A DNA stretch of 53,278 bases, counting the filler, from Sphacelaria rigidula (Eukaryota), in the NCBI GenBank assembly GCA_964200075.2. It is 4 parts of 4 records of this genome, joined end to end, with 100 filler letters (N's around TTAATTAATTAA, not from the genome) between each part and the next. Parts side by side here need not be neighbours in the genome. Positions count along the whole stretch, not along the records: positions 26,692 to 39,935 come from CAXNAA020003034.1; 3 more parts are not named here. One strand, given 5' to 3'. Below the pieces are notes generated by a model. That model was not told the origin of the DNA, searched no databases, and worked only from the letters and a program-made list of their open reading frames with translations. Both the position numbers and the translations under genes were made by a program. Shown piece after piece: positions 26,923 through 40,035 of this stretch (position 1 is the first letter of the stretch; each line of letters begins with the position of its first letter).

Positions 26923-27076
26923 GGCCATTACCCAAAATATTACGTCGGTACCAAAAGTTTTTTTTGTTAACATGAGTTAAGGGCAATAGTCAGTTTTCAG
27001 GGATCAGTAAAATGCCCTCAACTCATGAAAAAAAACAAAAAACTTTTGGTACCGACGTAACTTTTTTCGAATGCCC
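26923..27076. mobile_element. About 155-bp hairpin / MITE-like inverted repeat
   Basis: ttacgtcggtaccaaaagttt...catgagttaagggca pairs with tgccctcaactcatg...aaacttttggtaccgacgtaa. Confidence 0.7.
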
Positions 27077-28105
27077 CATGCATTGTCCATACCAAATTTT
27101 ACGCTTCAACTCTAAATATTGGGGTGAACACACCCATGTGAACTTCAAATCCGTCTCTAGGCTGGCCCAGGTCGTACTGTACCGAGGTGTTCACGCAGCC
27201 AGCGCGTGCTCCAGATTGCAGCATGGGCGCACCCCTCTGCACCACGCTCGTAACGGTTAGATCACTACCATAGGTATATTTTTTCACTCCGTATGCCAAG
27301 GTCTCCACAAGTGTTTGGTGTCTCATACACCCCCCCCCCCCAAATGGCGTCTCGCACGCTGTTGTCGTTGGGCACCCCGAGGGTCGCTCACATACATGTC
27401 GGGTAAAATCGACGATGAATAACACCCCCCAAGTTCAAATTGGAAATATCTGTTATTTTCGCCGCACCACCGCCCTTGCTGGCATGTGTGTGATAGAGAA
27501 CAGTAGTAGCAGTGGCGGAAACATTGCCTTATATTTCAACGACATGTTTTTCAGCGCACAGAGACGCGTCCTGTCCAAGAAGAGAGGCAGAGACAAATCC
27601 ATCTTTGCGTTGGTGAGCTCCACAGTCAAGAAGAGACGACAGAATCTCGCCGCACCTCGATGTTCTGGCACATGGAAAATTTTGCACATGCTGGTAGCAT
27701 CGATGATGCCAGTGTCTCGAGCGATTGGTAATCGCCGAGCGAGGACACAAAGGACACGGGCGAGGAGCTTCCTCTCTGGCGTTGCTTCTCTCTCTGGTGA
27801 TATCGTCATCGACATGCGTGTACGCCGCATTCGTTAGGTGCACCTAGCCACAACTGCTCAACTGCTGCGACCATTTGGGGATAAGATGGCTTCGCTCGGT
27901 CGTAAGTGTTTCGCGTCATCTCTGCAAAGGAGAAATGCCACTCAACCTCGTTTTTGAGATGGACCACATTTTTCGGGGTCCGCTGTTATTTTGATGTTCA
28001 ACTTCACTGTGTTCGGCCGTTGCACTTAGCATATCTTGGTGTCATGCTCCTTTGATTAGAGCCTGCCGACCAGACACACTGCCCCTGCCTTTTTAAGCAC
28101 ATAAG

Positions 28106-31100
28106 TTGCGTACGATTATCATGTCGCACAGAAATAACGTTGGCTCTTCCCCTCAATTGGGAAACCAATCGCTTCGTCGGACACGGAGTCAAACCACTGG
28201 CGCTTCGAAATCTTTTAATATGAGTGTCACGTCACCTTCGACTCATCGCCGCACGTATGCGAGCGCTGTTCGATCTTCGGGATCTGAAGACCAACCTTCG
28301 AGCGATGCTCGTTCTTCGAGGCTTGAAGACGAGACTATGACGCAGCGACCTGCTCTCTCACGTTCCGACTCGGACTCAGAGAACAGGCTTGTGCTACTAC
28401 CTGAGTCATTGGTTCCTGACGGACATGTCAGTGAACCCATAACGGTGGATTCCGTAGCGCCCCCCTCGCTGCGTCCTGTTCTTCCGAATCCCAATGTGGA
28501 ATCCGAAGTCAGGATTGTGCCTCCAGGTGAGTCGTTGCCCCTGGACACACGTGTCCAGCTTGGCCCTGTAACGGTTGCTTCAGCCGTGGCATCCCGTCCC
28601 ATAACGGCTGACAACTCTCGAGACGATTCTGTCCCGACGAAGCGTATCGCTTCTGGGGCAAGAGACTTTGTCTCGCGGGCTTCTTCCGCTACGGACCCCC
28701 ATCGCACGACTCTCGATAGTCCCGTGCGCCCTACTGCGCAGTCCAATGTCGGACCCGCAGTCGCGGCCATGCATGCTGCCACGCAGACTCTGTATCGCAC
28801 TTCATCGGCGTCGGCGCACTCGCCAGCTTCAGCTCTTGTAGAGGCATTTACGGCCTTTTGCCAGGCCACGCTCCAAGACCAATTGGCGTCCGCTCACGTG
28901 CAATTCAACGATGATTCTGCACCGGCCAAGCCCAAACCCGTACGTTTGGCTCCCTGATCGGCGACATCGCGTCCTTCGCTCGTCACTCATGCAAAACTTA
29001 ACGAACATGAGTCCAGCCCCTCCTCAACGTCAAACCAGAGTCTTGCTCGCGCTTCTGACCGGCGCCGCACACTGACAGTTGGTCACGACCACGTCTCCCG
29101 TTCTGGCAGTTCTAAGGGTAATGCCCAGCAAAGCGTGAATTCATCGCGCGTTTATACACGCCCGAGAAATGTCGTTCATGGTCGCATATATGACGGTAGT
29201 TCACGCCATAGTTCCAATCCATCGCGCGTTCCGAAGCGCCCGGTGAATGCCAACCGTGACCGTACTTACGAGGATGATTTGCGGCACAGATCAAGTTCTT
29301 CGCGCGTTCACTCGCGCTCGAAAAAGACCGATCATGCAACCGCGCGCACCCCTCCTGCTCCGCATCTGTCACGCCGCCGTCATGTACGCAATGATAACAC
29401 TGTACATGCTGATGATATCCAAAACATGTTTTCGGACATGTCACCGGCTCTGGAATCCTCAATTGAAGGATCCGGCCGCACCTCATCGCAAAACCGACGA
29501 CCCTGCACTGACCGCGAACCACCGCCCCGCTCCGATGCTGCGATTATTCGTCGTCATCAACAACGACTGACAGACCTCGAGCGACAGCTACTAACAATGA
29601 GCACTTCAAGATCCGCTGCCGCTGCACTACAATCACCACGGAGCCCACTGGCGTTCCTGCAGCTACTGCTGCCGCAGCACCTGCCGCTGCCGCCGCCGCT
29701 ACCTTGGCCGCTACGCCTTCTGCCGCCCCCACGACGGCTCCTACAACCGCCGACGCCTCGTCTGCGGTTGACACGGACGCCGACAGTGGTCAAACCACTG
29801 GCCCGGTCGAGGATGCCCCCGTGCGCTCGCACCCATAGGTGGAGGTTCTCCCTCTGCCCGGCGACGAGCGCTGCCCGACTGGCCTCCTCTTGAGGCTGTT
29901 CCGAAACCACCCCCGCGCGGAGTAGCTGCAGCTCATTGGCGACTACGCCTCAAAAGCACCAGCACTCGCACAAGACATACTCGACCAACAACGAGAAGCT
30001 CACGCCGCCGCTGCCCGCCTCCTAATGGAGGAGCATGCTGAGAAGCAAAAGGATCTCCAGCGGCAGGCCTCCAACGCTCAATGCACGAGTACGGCTGCCC
30101 AACGAGCGCTTCACGAAGGTCGTACTGCAGCAAAGCGGCTCAGAGACGGGTGCGCAAACTGGAAGATCATATCCGACGGACGGCTGAAGAAGCGGCTACG
30201 TCGGTGGCGTGCTTGTCAAACCATCAAGCCTCTTCGCCTTCCGCCAACAAGTTGCTCAGTGCCCGTCCTCGTCGCCAGCCTTCGACCCAAACGGCCCCGC
30301 TCAAGACTGGTCAGCCATCCCACAAAATTCCACGTAAAGCTGACCAACAGTCGTACGCCGCGGCCGCTGCCGTACCCACGACGGCCCCAATACCACCACC
30401 TCGAGGAGCAAGCTCGGCGGCGAATAACGCCCCTACCCAAGGTCTTCAACTGGCACCCCACGAACGAGATTGGCTCTCTCGTTCCGCGGCCGATCATACA
30501 GGTCCTTTCCGTCGCAGCAACCACCTTCATTGCTCCCGCGAAGCATGGACCTTAATTTCGTAGCGAATGCTCCACGCCGTTGGTGTTTATGTGGACCTTC
30601 TTCCCCAATGAGGGCGTACCGGTGCTCACCTTGGGCCAACTGGTCCTTCAAACGATTATCGGCGATCACTCGGATCACCAGACTTACGTTGACGTTGTCA
30701 CCAAACGTTTTGCGGCGCTCCGCGCCGCTTACAACCCTCATCCCGGCGCCACCATCGCCGACGGAGACGAAGATGAAGATGAATGGACTCCCGCAACCAC
30801 CAACTGCGGGGGACAGAAGAAGAACCACCGGCGAGGTGACGACGACAGCGATGGCGGAGGTTCGCGCCGCCGCCATGGTGGTGGAGGATCTTCTTCGGGC
30901 GGCTCCAGACCGAACCGCCCCACTCGCAACCCTCGCAACCTGCCCCGCAAAAAAATCGGAGGTAATTCTTGCGGATCTTCCGCAACCGTCTGGAACCGGT
31001 GTGGTACAGACCTTCCCCCCTCGGGTCCGGCGACCTCCAGGCAAGTGATCCCTAAATTGGCAAAATTAAAATGATCCGCATAGTTTTCTCACATCCATCT

Positions 31101-31460
31101 GAATATACTGTCTCTGTATTGCAGCTACTCGGGCAGACTCAGCTCTATCGGAAGCTGCTTGTTCACTAGCTTCGGAACGTTCTTTGTCAGCCGCAGCGGT
31201 GGCTAAAGCGCGGGCTGCAGTAGAAGACAAAGGACGGTTAGGTGTGTCCGTATCGGATAAACCTAAAATGCGGGCTCGAATCCCAACACCAGAAACCCTG
31301 GTACCTTCACTGCGGATCGCCTCGATCCATGACGTGCCGACGCCGGCGTTCTTCGGTCTTCCACGCCACCGACAGCACGAGCGAAGACTTTCTCAACACA
31401 GCCCGCAGAGCCCTTGTCTAAAACTGCTCACTCGACTCCCCCGGCACTATCCAGGAGCGT
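28106..31460 (+). pseudogene. gag: Frameshifted gag-like / ORF1 region of the Gypsy element
   Basis: Chain of long Ser/Pro/Arg-rich + strand ORFs (28106-28957, 29135-29893, 30081-30563, 30580-31074) upstream of pol; positional inference only. Confidence 0.5.
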
Positions 31461-31625
31461 AACTGACGGCCGTTCAAATCGACTCCCGTCTCCAACCTCC
31501 ACACACTTTTCAACGCAGCCCGCAGAGCCCGCGACTAATATTATTCGCCCGGCTCCCCCGGCACTATGCAGGAGCGCAACTGACGGCCGTTGATATCAAC
31601 CATCGTCTTCACCCCTCCACACACC
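31388..31625 (+). repeat. About 119-bp direct tandem duplication between gag and pol
   Basis: cagcccgcagagccc...cccccggcactat(c/g)caggagcg(t/c)aactgacggccgtt...cctccacacac occurs twice. Confidence 0.85.
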
Positions 31626-31987
31626 GCGTAACAGTTGTCACCCCGCGACTCAGAACAATATCCGGCTTTGAACTTGGTCCTTCAGTGCCGAGTATAAGTC
31701 TGAGGTGTGGGAAGACCAACCGCCAGTCCCTGAGGCAAAGGCTTCCCTCAGCGACCGCACGCACAGGTAGTAGCAAGCCTTTTTCAGCTGAAACAAGTGT
31801 TGCTGGTTTGAGCTTCACCAGATCGGATCATGTAATTCCCACTCAGTTGGATCGAGCTCCTTCCCCGCGATTTTCAACCCGCACGGACCTTCGGCTGGTT
31901 CTAATAACAACCACCCCAACATATCTTCGGCTATGACCCAACAGCCAAGCTTGCCTGCGGAAAGCAGCCCACAAGTTTCGCTCCGTC

Positions 31988-34900
31988 ATGGACTGCTGCC
32001 GAGATAGCCCCCTCCCGAACCAGCCAAAAAAGTGCACGGAGGCGATGAGCATAAATACCGTCAGAGTTGGTATTGGGCTGCACGACGCGACTAATTTGGG
32101 CGTAATAGCTTATTTTGGACTGCTACACGCCTCTCATGTGGGTGGAATATCTGCAAACGAGCCCAATGGTGGGATCGCAGCCGTTTCGTGGGGGGGCTAT
32201 CTCGGCATTAGTCCATGCCCGATGCTGACTCCATCCACGCAACTGGACGCAGTTGTGGTTTCATCACAAAATTCTTTGGAACTTCCCCGACCTTCGTCAC
32301 GGCGGAAGAGAAAGCCCCGTAAACATGCCCTCAAGGACGCGCGCGCATCATCACGTACACCTCTTTCGAGCGGAAATCCTCAACCTCAATCTCTCCAAAA
32401 TGCGACGACTTTGAGTTCGACGGCTCTATCAATTATCCCGGAAGACACAAAATCAAATAATTCTGACGGCGCTACTCCCTCAATCGACGACTCCAGCCCC
32501 GCATTTTCTGGATCCCCCTTGGACGGTGATCCCTGTCAACCAGAGACGATTATTTACGAAATCGCCAATGGTCACTCTGACTGTGCCACATCTGGAAATA
32601 ATATACCGTCCACCCCCTTCTCTCGTGAGACATCTGACCCACCGGCGGATCACCCGCCGTGCGTCTTTGCTGTCAGCCCCGCTGACCCTGACCAATTCAC
32701 CTTTCGGGAACACGGTCCGGATCTTGTCGGCGGTAACGTGTCTGTGGATCCGGCCACTTTCACTACACGCGTTGCGATCCATTCCGGTCCAAACGCTATC
32801 ACGCCTACGAAATGCGTATCCTTGTTGGACAGCGGCAGCCCGCAATCATTTATTCGCGAATCAACATGAAAACACATGAAACAGACTGGCACTGCAACTG
32901 CAGCTTGTGAAACCACCACCAAACCTCGAGTGTGGGGCGGTTTCGGTGATTCTGCCGCACCGCTGGCGACACGTAAATCCGTACGTCTCAGCGTACAATT
33001 CTTTCACAACACCACTCGATCTGCCAGCCTGGCAGTCTGGGCATACATTGTCCCCGACAGCACCATGCATCACGCCATATTATTGGGCAGAGATGGCTAT
33101 ATGCGGTTTAATAAACGCACCTACCGCACGCTTCCACCACTAGCGCCACATTCCACGCCTCGTGGAAAATTCAATCTCGAACACTTTGGTACTCTCCATG
33201 GCGCCCTGGCTCACCAGAAAAATCCTCAAGCAACCGGAGCTGCTTACCATCTACGATACAACGATAGCGTTGGTATTACACTCTCCAACGACCCCCAACG
33301 ACCCCCAACTTTAAGAAGTTGGACTAGTTCGCCGAAATGGCGGGTCATTATTTTGCCGAAATGTTACCCGTACTGGCGCACCAGCCGACACAGAACATCT
33401 TGTGTCGGCGGGACAACGACAACAACTCCTCCCTCTTACGGGTCATTCTAACTTGGAACCCGGCGATGTTTTAGAAATCGCCGCTGCTCCCCTGATGCAC
33501 GTATCACTCGAGACGTGCGTAACAGAGCCTGCCGCGCCGAACGCCACATCTCCGGCGGAGGCAGTCCATTGTGTCGATGAACCCTATTTCGGCCTCGGCT
33601 CTGCGACTCCACCCCAGGTTCACACCGTGGATCCTGCCCAGTCAAATTCCGATCCTCCTGCTGAAGTGCTTCAACGCTTATCACCAGATTCTCGGAATAG
33701 TTTCTTGCACACGTGGAACCAACTGCCGCCACAGATACGCGACATCAATTTTGATCTTCATGGGCCCGGCTGGGAACCGGCAGTCATCCGAGAACTCAGT
33801 GATGTCCTGCTACAGTATCAAGACCGATTTTCTCGATCCAAGTCGGATCTTGGGCATTGCAAAACACTGCTCTTTGAGATTACCCTCCAACCCGGTGTCT
33901 CGCCGATTTCTTCTCGGCCATACCGAACAAACCCGATCCTTGCCAAGAAAGTAAACGCCATTTTGGATGCGTATTTGGGAGCGGGATTAATACAACATTC
34001 CTCCTCTCCTTGGGCCTCGCCCCTTGTGGTCGTCCCCCAAAAGGATGGAAACATACGCATAGCCGTGAATTATCAACAGTTGAACCGCGTCACTGTAGTC
34101 GGCAAACTTCCAATTCCCCGCATTGATGAAGTCTTCGACTCCTCAGGCGAAGGCAAAATATTCAGCATCTTCGACCTCGCTTCTGGATTTGTTCAGAATG
34201 CTATACACTCTGACACAGTCCCACTGACGGCGTTTTGTACCTCATCCGGACTCTATGAGTGGCTTCGGGTGCCACAAGGCGCCGCCACTGCGCCGGGATA
34301 CTTTCAACGCTTAATGCAACGCGTCGCAGAGGGCCTTCAGCATATCATCATGTACCTGGATGACGCTATCGCTTTCGATGCCTCACCTATTGCACATATC
34401 CGCACTCTACGAGAAATTCTCTCTCGGCTACGCACGCACGATTTGAAGCTGTCTCCATCCAAAGCTCGCCTTGGTGCGACTGACTTGGATTTCTTGGGGC
34501 ATTCGATTTCGCCAGCAGGCCTGCATCGGGATACAAACGAAGTCAAGGCGATGACTGATTTGCCGATGTCAACTAACATTTCTCAACTTCGCTCATTGTT
34601 GGGCGGGCTATCCAACTACCGCAAATTTGTGCCGCATTTATCTAAACGGATTCGCCCTCTTAGTTACTCAAGAAATGAGCCGTGTTTTCCTTCCCAACCG
34701 AAGTGGAGAATATCACCCGCGAATTCCTCAAGACGCTCACCGAGAAGCCGGTACTCTGCTTCCTTAATTGGGAGGCAGTACAAGATGGCTTCCGCCTTTT
34801 CCGACTCCACACTGACGCCAGCACAAGAGGATTTGGAGGAGGATGGCTCCGTCCGACCCCTCCTCTATATCAGTCGCGCTACCCTGCCCAACAAGGCCAA

Positions 34901-37900
34901 TTGGAGCCCGCTAGAACTGGAAGGCGGAGTAATCACTTGGGTCATTAGGCGCCTTCGACAATATCTGTTTCACGTGCCCTTTCAGATCTATATGGATCAC
35001 GGAGCACTCGAACAACTCGCCAAGGTTGACGAACACAACCCGCGTGTACAACGATGGTTGGAGTTGCTAACAGCATACCAGTATACCATTAAGCACCGTC
35101 CAGGCAAAACCAACGGGAACGCTGATCTTCTTTCTCGCCTACCTCTGCCGCTTACGGCCGCAGATTCCAGCCCGACTTGCCGTTTAACGGAACCCGATGA
35201 ACCCGGAATTGACGCGATTAGACGTTTTTTCAAGGCCAGTTTACGCCCTCGACCTCCAGTGCCCGGAAACCGGTATGCATATGGGAGAACCTCGCCCTCT
35301 ACCATATGACGCCGTCTTGGGTGGGTTAAAGTCCACTACCTCCAATTTTGTCGATTTCCGCACTTTCGGTACTTGTGCGAAGCTCTTCGCGGAGACACCT
35401 CCAGTCACCCACCTTATCTCCGACAACACGCGCTCCCGGTCTGCCGCCCGCACCACACCGAGTGCCCCGCCGCTACCGATAACACCTGCAACCCCTACGA
35501 GCCACCCAGCACAAGTTCCACGAACCAACACGCAACCCTCCGCGACAACTTCTGCATCGTGCACCACGCGCCGCGGACAATCTTCGTCGCGCGCTCTTAC
35601 AGCCCCGCCACCCATTTACGGCGCCGCAAACATCTCCTGCTCCCGAGCACGGAACTGACGACTTAGCTCCTGCTCCTGGGACAGATATTGACGTCGGCAT
35701 TTCTGCCCCGTCGTCTTTCCCCCCGCCGCCTGCCCCACCATGTTTGGTCGGCTCGCCAACGGAAGGTCAACTACGCGAGTTTCTCGCCAGCTACTCTCAC
35801 CGCGATTGGGCTCGCGAACAAAACGCAGAACCGCTATGTCGCGCAGCCATCCGGTACTTAAAACTCGACTGTCCAGTCCCTTTTCCATCCACACTTCTGG
35901 CCCCGGTTGGCACACTGCCACCACCAAATATATCTGACGTATAAGAGCTCGTGCGTAAAGGCACCCTTTTACTACGGATGAAGGTGTGCAACTACTCGTG
36001 CCTCAGCGCACATCTTTGACAGGCGCAATTGCCGCCTCAACCACGGGACGCACCGCACGACTACTCAATGACGAACCAACGCGCATATATGTGCCATTAT
36101 TAATGCACCCCTGGGTCATGAAAGGCTGCCACATAGACTTGTCATGTCACCTTGGCGTCACCCGCACCCTCGCGCTCTTGAAACGCTTCTACTGGTGGGT
36201 TGGCATGGAAATTTCAACCCGCTTCTGGATTCGGCGATGCTTCAAATGCCAAGCCCGAAACACTTCAAGACAGACAGTACGCTGGCCCGTCAGCTGTATG
36301 GGACTCCCCGACGAGCTCGGCCACCTTGTGCCCTTTGACTACTTTGGCCCTCTACCGACTACAGGTTGCGACAACACCTACATCTTACTCTTCACTGACC
36401 GTTTCAGCCGCCACGCGTCTATGTACGCGGTAACCGCCGCAGATCTTACTGCCGCCGAAACGGTCGACATATTGGTCCACGTTTACATTAAGCACTACGG
36501 TTGCCCATAGCGACTCCTTTCATACAATGGTCAGCAATTCTGCTCAGATCTCTCTGATGAGCTTTACAAGCTCCTAGGGTATCCGCAAAATTGCCACGAG
36601 CGCCTAACACCCGAACGGTAACTGTGGTACCGAAAGAGTTAATCACACCATGGCCCAGATGCTTTCTATGGTTGTCAATGACCGCCAAAATGACTGGGAC
36701 TTACATCTCTCGCACATTATGTTGTCCTACAACAACTCGGTTAATGCGTCCACAAGCCTTTCTCCGAACGAAGTCCATCTTGGACGTTACCCTCGGCTGC
36801 CTATCACCGTGTTTGAGCGCCACACGTTCGACGGCCACCAAGGATTGGATCAGGATATCCTACCACGAGCTAGCGCATGCACGACAACGCAAAGCGTTGA
36901 CCCTCGTGCGCGAACAACACGCTATCAACGCCTCGCGCCTAGAGAGATCTAACACTGCTCTCTACAACCTCATGCACGAACGCCCTAATTGGAAAGTTGG
37001 TGATTGAGTTTGGATCTACAACAGTTTGTCGACCATCCGCCAAGGCGCCAGCAAGGCAGCCAACGAAACAATTTTGAAGACCAAACTGTCCCTTAATTGG
37101 ACAGGACCATTCAAGATCCTGACAGTCGGACCATCATCATCATCACCGGATAAAAAATCCGTTGGTGACAAACTGCTCTATCTCGACTTGCCTTGCGACT
37201 TCCAGGGCAAGGACACCAAACCCCGCGTCTCCGTGCACAGATGCAAACCCTGCACGAACCCGCATGATACAAGTGGCATGCCCAAGTACTTGACTGCCGG
37301 ACTCACACAGTATGTTCTCAACAGCCACTCGACCAAGTCCCCGCCCTACCACGTTACAACCGACGACGTGACGGAACAGCCCCTTCGATTGACCGTGTCC
37401 ACCATCTCGAGCCACCAGATAACCCGTGGTCGAGGTGGCAAAATCGCTGTCATGTATAAGACACACTGGCACGGTCTTAGGAGAGCGTCTTGGGAACGCG
37501 AATCCGACCTGCAATCGCACCGCCGTGCAATCCTCTTGTACTGGACGCAATCCCAACGTCAGTATCTTGCTCTCAACAAGAACCAGCGCAACATGCGTCG
37601 CGGCGCAGCAGCCCGCGAACTTCACCGCAATCAGGGACTACGCTTCGTCGCTGATGGTTACGAACTTGTACCCGCCAAGACTTGTAAGACGAAGTTCTTC
37701 GCGAACCAGTGACTCCTGCTCAAGGGCAGCTATGCTCAAGGGCAGCTACCTTTGGTTCAAAGGCAGCGGCAACCTCTAGTGGTTGGGTTAGACCCACTCC
37801 GCTAACCTGGTTTCGGCCGACACATACATCGTGCGCTTCATCGATGACCCTGGACCCATACAGCTCAAGCTTCGGCCAGCACTCTACACCACCAGCCCAC

Positions 37901-37990
37901 CTGCACCACGCGGGTCCTGGTGCTTCCAGCGCCTTAAGTCCAAAGGACTTCGCCGCGGTCTCCAGCGCAACATCGACCATACCCACGACG
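31988..37990 (+). pseudogene. pol: Gypsy pol pseudogene: aspartic protease, reverse transcriptase, RNase H, integrase, chromodomain
   Basis: PR LLDSGS (D at 32828). RT SPWASPLVVV, FDLASGF, PQG and YLDD (34353-34364). RH LHTDAS, ELE, DHGAL and NADLLSR. IN HHCC (CH..SCHLG...CFKC), DYFGPLP, FTDRFSR and WTGPF. Chromodomain MYKTHWHG...SWERESDL. Multiple frameshifts and stops. Confidence 0.93.
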
Positions 37991-38031
37991 TCCACGCCCC
38001 GCTTTGAACCGCGCTCCCTTGTCGCAACTGT

Positions 38032-38062
<31 letters not shown>

Positions 38063-38344
38063 CTCCCCGCTATCCCCACCNNNNNNNNNNTTTGCCCCCT
38101 GCTCCCTGTTGCCAACTGTTCCCCCCCCCCCCCCTCCCCTATTTTTCTGTAGCATAGTCTACCCTCCCTTCTCCACCAGGACCCTCTTCTACGATATCGG
38201 AACAGCGCCACCTACATCAGACGACGATCAAGAATTATAGAGATGACCATTATCTACGACTACTGGAGCTATAGTATCCCTTTGCGGCTGGCGCTCGATC
38301 TGGTTGGATCACCGATTTTCAGTTTTTTAATTTCGCAGCTTTTG

Positions 38345-38512
38345 GTACCTTTGAATTCCCCCAGGTTGAAGCTTTGCTCCCTGTTGTACCTTTGAATTCC
38401 CCCAGGTTGAAGCTCTGCTCCCTGTTGTACCTTTGGATTTCCCCAGGTTGAAGCTCTGCCCCCTGTTGTCGCTTTGGCTTCCCCGAGGTCAAAGTTCTAC
38501 TCCCTGTTGTAC
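38345..38512 (+). repeat. 41-bp tandem repeat x4 in the Gypsy 3' UTR
   Basis: Unit gtacctttgaattcccccaggttgaagct(t/c)tgctccctgtt at 38345, 38386, 38427 and 38468 (last copy diverged). Confidence 0.9.
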
Positions 38513-38834
38513 TTCCCTGTTTCCCCCCCTTAATTTCTGCTAGGACGCCGAAGCAATTTGTGCTTCTTCGTTGATCACTAGCACCCAGAAGCAGTGTGTG
38601 CTTCCACAGTTCGGGGCCGTTTTTTTCTGCTCCTCGAAGCAGTCTATGCCACCCTTCTTTTGAGGTGTGGTAGTGGGCACCGGAGTGTTAGTACGGGAGT
38701 GTTAGGTACGGGAGTGTTTCCTAGGTATGCTTTATTAGCCGTTCATGACTTTATGGGTAAATAAAAACCTTACTTTTCGCTGCGCTGAGGATAGATCCTC
38801 GCAGCTGTAATAAAGGTCCGTCTGGGTGGGTTAG

Positions 38835-39184
38835 TGTCATGAAAACGCATATTAGCCTGTTGTCATGCCGCTTTAGACCCGTTGTCGAGTCTGGTTATTT
38901 GCTTTCTGGTGTTTCGATATCCAAGACTGCAGGTCTGTTCAGAGTTGGTCGGGTACGAATATGAGCTTGTATATGAGAGAGATGATGACGGCTTCGTTTA
39001 TCCTGGGACAAACGCAGCCGCGCCCTCTCTTACTACTGCTCCTCTACCCCCTCCCAGCCAAAGACGTCTAAAGCATCGGTGAGACGTATTGACTGGGTTG
39101 GGTTGGATTGATTGAGTGGATACTGGAAGTTAGAGGCAAGATAATCAAGAGGAGAAGAACCATGCGTGAGAACTCATCCTGACA
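38835..39184 (+). repeat. 3' LTR (350 bp)
   Basis: Starts TGTCATGA directly after purine-rich tctgggtgggttag and ends TCCTGACA (TGTCA/TGACA inverted termini); no 5' partner is available to confirm it. Confidence 0.75.
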
Positions 39185-39935
39185 TATTGTGCTGAGCTGT
39201 GCTGAGCTGTGCCAGACTGTCTATTGTCCATTTGCCTTGTGAGCCTGTACTTGGACTGCAAACTGTGCCTTGCTATAACAGCACAACAACCTCATGACAA
39301 TTGTCGAATAAACTCTCTTCAACAGGTGGAACGCGAGTTTAGGGTATTGGCCCGTCGCGATTTCAAATAATGGTATGTTTGTGTTGTTTGACTTCGGATC
39401 AAATATCCAACGACCAACTCTTCGAAATGCCAATTCTTTGACCTTCACGGTTGATATCTGGATCAAGCAGTAGCTTGTCAAATGACAATGATGCCGTTTT
39501 CACAATTAAATGGGCACCTCCAGTACTGCATGTCCGTTACACAGGTGGCCAACGGGGGCTCTGGAGGGTGGAATATCGGACCCTCCAGACCCTCTGCAAG
39601 GTACCTTGCCGTGGAGGGTCAGAAAGTTAACCTTGCCAGGGTATAGGTTGGAATCCATCTCAGGTCGCAGGCACCTTCAAGGCAATTGTACCATCGCAGT
39701 GGCCACTGGGGTGCCTGGCACATGCCTGAGTCCATGTTCCAGACGTTTTGCAGGGTACCTTGTCTGACCTTGTGTGGCAAGGTCAGGAACGTGACGTTGC
39801 CGGACCTTGCACGTGACGTTCCCGGACCTTGTCACACGTTGCCGAACGTTGAAGGCAGGCGTACAACTTACGAGCGCGGCTCAAGTTCGAAATTCAAAAG
39901 ATGAGGGCTGGGGGGGGCGGGGGGGGGCGGGGGGG

Positions 39936-40035
39936 NNNNNNNNNNNNNNNNNNNNNNNNNNNNNNNNNNNNNNNNNNNNTTAATTAATTAANNNNNNNNN
40001 NNNNNNNNNNNNNNNNNNNNNNNNNNNNNNNNNNN
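39936..40035. other. Artificial contig linker
   Basis: N44-TTAATTAATTAA-N44. Confidence 0.98.

Larger units (their letters stand above)
27986..39184 (+). mobile_element. Degenerate Ty3/Gypsy LTR retrotransposon (chromovirus type), 5' LTR absent
   Basis: Domain order gag-like, PR, RT, RH, IN, chromodomain, followed by PPT-like gggtgggttag and an LTR TGTCA...TGACA; many stops and frameshifts. Confidence 0.93.

Noticed and set aside
28243-31044. Long minus-strand ORFs opposite gag
   Set aside because: Antisense shadows of GC-rich retroelement coding sequence.
38345-38512. CRISPR-like regular repeat
   Set aside because: Head-to-tail units without spacers, no cas genes, eukaryotic retroelement context.
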